Under the pieces are notes generated by a model, which saw only the letters and a program-made list of their open reading frames with translations, searched no databases and was not told the DNA's origin. 64,000 bases of DNA from Candidatus Latescibacterota bacterium. Lineage in GTDB: Bacteria > Latescibacterota > UBA2968 > GCA-2709665. Within the stretch, counting starts at the first letter, position 1. Each line of letters starts with the position of its first letter. Location: positions 4,672,001 through 4,736,000 of the forward strand of contig OZ250150.1 of the NCBI GenBank assembly GCA_965237675.1, written 5' to 3'. The position numbers were made by a program, and so were the translations under genes. Of this stretch, positions 61,528 through 64,000 are shown in pieces.

Positions 61528-61811
61528 GTCCTCCATCCTCCACGGTCGTAGGCTTGGTGTGTAAGCACATGACGGATGTATACTTTGCCCCGGTTGAAGT
61601 GAATAGATACAACAAGACGGTACTTGCTGCCGGCGATGTTGAACACAACGAATTCGCCGACCTTGTCGGCCGAAGGAAAGGTGTGGCGCAATGCCGCGAA
61701 ACTCCCAAACTGAGTTTGCCGCATGATCTTGAACCAGCGACTCAGAGGCTTCTCACTGTCGGGATGCTGTGCCCAAAACGCTCGGAGGGCTTTGCGTGAG
61801 ATTACATGCAC
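61524..61811 (-). CDS. higB: HigB toxin
   Basis: MHVIS..FPSADKV..VFNIAG.KYRL..LTH..YD. Confidence 0.92.
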   Translation of the reverse strand: MHVISRKALRAFWAQHPDSEKPLSRWFKIMRQTQFGSFAALRHTFPSADKVGEFVVFNIAGSKYRLVVSIHFNRGKVYIRHVLTHQAYDRGGWRT

Positions 61812-61902
61812 CTACATAATATATCGTAATAAGCGATATGCCGCAAATATCCTGCCCCGCGTCCCAATCCACGGGCCTGACTCGACGCCATTGCTGCCTT
61901 TC

Positions 61903-62002
61903 GTCTAACCTTCTGGCCACTCGCGCATCCGCGTAGCGGGTTGCCGAATGGCCGAAGGAGCGTCGCGACAGCAGCGCTCCCCGATAGAGCGAAGCATTAG
62001 AG
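61903..62002 (-). other. attC-like site, deletion derivative of 42056-42145
   Basis: Same left arm; R''-containing segment missing. Confidence 0.7.
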
Positions 62003-62049
62003 CGGCTGACCTTCAACGCACACCATTAGAATTTTGTCTCGCTCTGAAA

Positions 62050-62283
62050 TTATCGCTGTACCCTGACATTGCCGATCGACACCCCAAAGGACTCAAAGTT
62101 CGGCTCCTGCATTGTTGAAAGTTCCTTGTGCGCCGACTTGCAGAGGTTGTGGATGGTCCTTAGTCGGAAGTCGGCACGTTCCAGATGGTACCTGTAACAC
62201 CTCGGATACTCTCTGGCAAACCTACAGAACTCGCCATACTTATCCGCATCCTTCCCTTCGAGTTCTCGCCATATTGTATCCAT
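62050..62283 (-). pseudogene. Hypothetical gene fragment
   Basis: MDTIWRELEG...; shares its 3' tail with 42229. Confidence 0.4.
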
Positions 62284-62399
62284 GGTCAAGACGACCCCAG
62301 GGGATCCCCGACGCATTGAATGCAAGCTGAGAATAGGATGGATTCCCGTGCTGTAACCTGGAAGGCTCATGTTGTCAGATTGGCTCGGAGTCTGATTGC

Positions 62400-62556
62400 A
62401 GCTAACGTTTGGCGTCTGAGAAGGGGACTGGCCCGGCGAAGCCGGATTGGCGCATTGCGACGAGGTCGTGAAGGGTGATGAAGTAGACGCGATGGCCGGC
62501 TTCGAGTGCTTTGAGTGCCAGTCCGATAGCCAGGTCGGGTGCAGCGTGTGTTAGGC
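62400..62556 (-). other. attC-like site (long)
   Basis: AGCTAAC...GTTAGGC; contains the stop of the HAD gene; ccggcgaagccggattggcgc shared with 55190 site. Confidence 0.8.
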
Positions 62557-63003
62557 AGCCCCTGTCCAATCCTCCCGAATGAACTTCGCAACGCTATCCT
62601 CGTTGTTGCTGCCAATCACTTCGGTGGCATGCCTCTTCACTTCATCTGTTGCATTCGAGACGACAATCGCGCGGTCAGCCATTTGAAGCATACGAATATC
62701 GTTGTCACCATCTCCGAACACCACTATCTCTGATCCTTCCAGACCCCACTCTCCCATCACAATGCGAATAGCCTGGTCTTTTGTGGCCTTCTCATCGTGT
62801 ACTGTCAACCAGTACCATCCAGGAGAATACCAATTCTCGAAGCAATGTGTCTCCACCGCACCATTGCACCTTGTTTTGATTGCGCCTTCCAATTCCTGCA
62901 ATGGCCCACCTCGCCCGATTATGGTCAGACGGATCACTTTGTCATGGAACGACTGCCTCACGTCGTCCACAAGGCGCAAACGTTCATCACCTTGATGATC
63001 ATC
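62551..63003 (-). pseudogene. Cof-type HAD hydrolase, 5'-truncated
   Basis: ATKDQAI, FGDGDNDIRM, VSNA; motif I absent, replaced by the Kelch duplicate. Confidence 0.82.
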
Positions 63004-63084
63004 CGTTGCGGATCACCTCGAACTGGATCGGATTGACTTCGGTCTTCGCATGCAACTACGGAATCTCCTTTAAGAAATGCCCTA

Positions 63085-64000
63085 TCAGGCCGGTGTTCCG
63101 TGCCAGAAATCGTTGTACGCCGCCAGCGGCCCGTCCCCGTGCGGCCCGGTAGCCAGATCCAGCCCCCCGAAGAGATAGACGGACTCGCCCCCCACTGTCA
63201 TAACGGGGATTCGCCTGACACCGGGACGTTCGGCGCCAGCAGAGTAATCCTCCGCACCGTTGTGTGGATATAGACAGTCCCACCGGCCGGCACGAAGATC
63301 GTACTGCCACAGATCGTTCAGCTGGGGGTGCTCCCCTTCCCCTCCTGCAAATCCTCCGAACAGATACAGGTGATCTCCGATCACAGCGTATCCCAGCCCG
63401 TACCGAGGGGAAGGCCGTGCAACATCATCCGACCGGTTCTCCTGAATGCAGGTCCAGGCGCCTCCGTCGGGATCGTATTCCCACAGATCGTTGTAGAACT
63501 CCGGCGCTCGACCCTGACTGTCCCGACCGCCCCACAGGTAGAGCCTGCCGTTCCAGCCGGCCAGCACGGGACAGTATCGTTTCGGCGGCCAACCGTTGCG
63601 TCCATTCGATGCAGGCCCCAGGTGCTCCCATTTCCCGGCCGGCGCCTTGTAGGTCCACAGCTGTGCGTGCGTCATCGCGCCATGGCCCCCCATCAGATAC
63701 AGGTAATCACCCAGAACGGCCGCCCCCATCCCGCCCGAACCGGCGGGACGATGCCCATCCGCCGTTATTCCTGATGCGCGCCCGTCGTCGGGCTCTAACA
63801 GCTCCCACGAGGCTGTCTTCGGATCGTAGGCCCAGAGATCGTTCAGCTTGATCTCCCTCTTGCCGGGGCCCCGCACTGAGGACCCGCCAAAAAGATAAAG
63901 CCTGCCGTTCACGGGCAGCCAGGTCGTGAGCTTCCGGGTACACGGTCTGGTATCGGACGGTCTGAACCCGATGCGCCCATCGTGGTCTTCCAACCGCGTC
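63085..64000 (-). CDS. Kelch-repeat protein, duplicate copy, 5' end outside window
   Basis: Identical translation to the C-terminal part of 50916-52043. Confidence 0.9.
   Translation of the reverse strand, partial: TRLEDHDGRIGFRPSDTRPCTRKLTTWLPVNGRLYLFGGSSVRGPGKREIKLNDLWAYDPKTASWELLEPDDGRASGITADGHRPAGSGGMGAAVLGDYLYLMGGHGAMTHAQLWTYKAPAGKWEHLGPASNGRNGWPPKRYCPVLAGWNGRLYLWGGRDSQGRAPEFYNDLWEYDPDGGAWTCIQENRSDDVARPSPRYGLGYAVIGDHLYLFGGFAGGEGEHPQLNDLWQYDLRAGRWDCLYPHNGAEDYSAGAERPGVRRIPVMTVGGESVYLFGGLDLATGPHGDGPLAAYNDFWHGTPA

Larger units (their letters stand above)
1..64000 (-). mobile_element. Integron-type gene cassette array (superintegron/CALIN-like), extends beyond both window ends
   Basis: More than 60 short unrelated ORFs co-oriented on the - strand, separated by related imperfect palindromes bounded by xxxTAAC/GTTAxxx. 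Stop codons lie inside the R'' box at 5018, 13686 and 62551. Multiple TA cassettes are present. Confidence 0.93.

Noticed and set aside
676-62556. CRISPR array or tRNA/ncRNA interpretation of the recurring branched hairpins
   Set aside because: The repeats vary in length and sequence, are separated by whole genes, are bounded by TAAC/GTTA cores, and lack cas genes or tRNA T-loop/CCA features.
50842-63014. GATC at the edge of both Kelch copies, suggesting a restriction-ligation chimera
   Set aside because: Homology extends beyond GATC (cgttgc shared, reading frame EVI[G/R]N), so the real breakpoint is not at GATC. Misassembly is still not excluded.
1-64000. Group IIC-attC intron, retron/RT or intact integrase
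   Set aside because: No RT motifs and no full-length tyrosine recombinase were seen in any listed ORF or manually read interval.

Overview
The window is an internal part of a large, ageing integron-type gene-cassette array in a moderately GC-rich bacterium. Nearly all genes are short, unrelated and on the - strand (GNATs, methyltransferases, VOC, NUDIX, two AAC(3), nitrilases, six TA modules, defence-like nucleases). They are separated by about 30-35 attC-like hairpins (..TAAC...GTTA..), many of them degenerate. The array has been hit by IS1380 (x2), IS256, an IS5/IS1182-like element and two MITEs. The ORF track misses the main feature: the C-terminal 86 codons of a tyrosine recombinase (59914-60174, -), co-oriented with the cassettes and closer to the XerA/XerD-like '[17 protein letters not shown]' clade than to classical IntI. 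It is followed by a 72-bp double-dyad site ending in GTTAG, which recurs twice more in the array without an integrase (1962-2033, 10675-10746). The best-preserved attC-like sites are branched, have 4-nt/7-nt spacer asymmetry and sometimes host REP-like repeats. Together these suggest a non-canonical integron-like system. All coordinates, alignments and family calls were made by eye; no searches were run.
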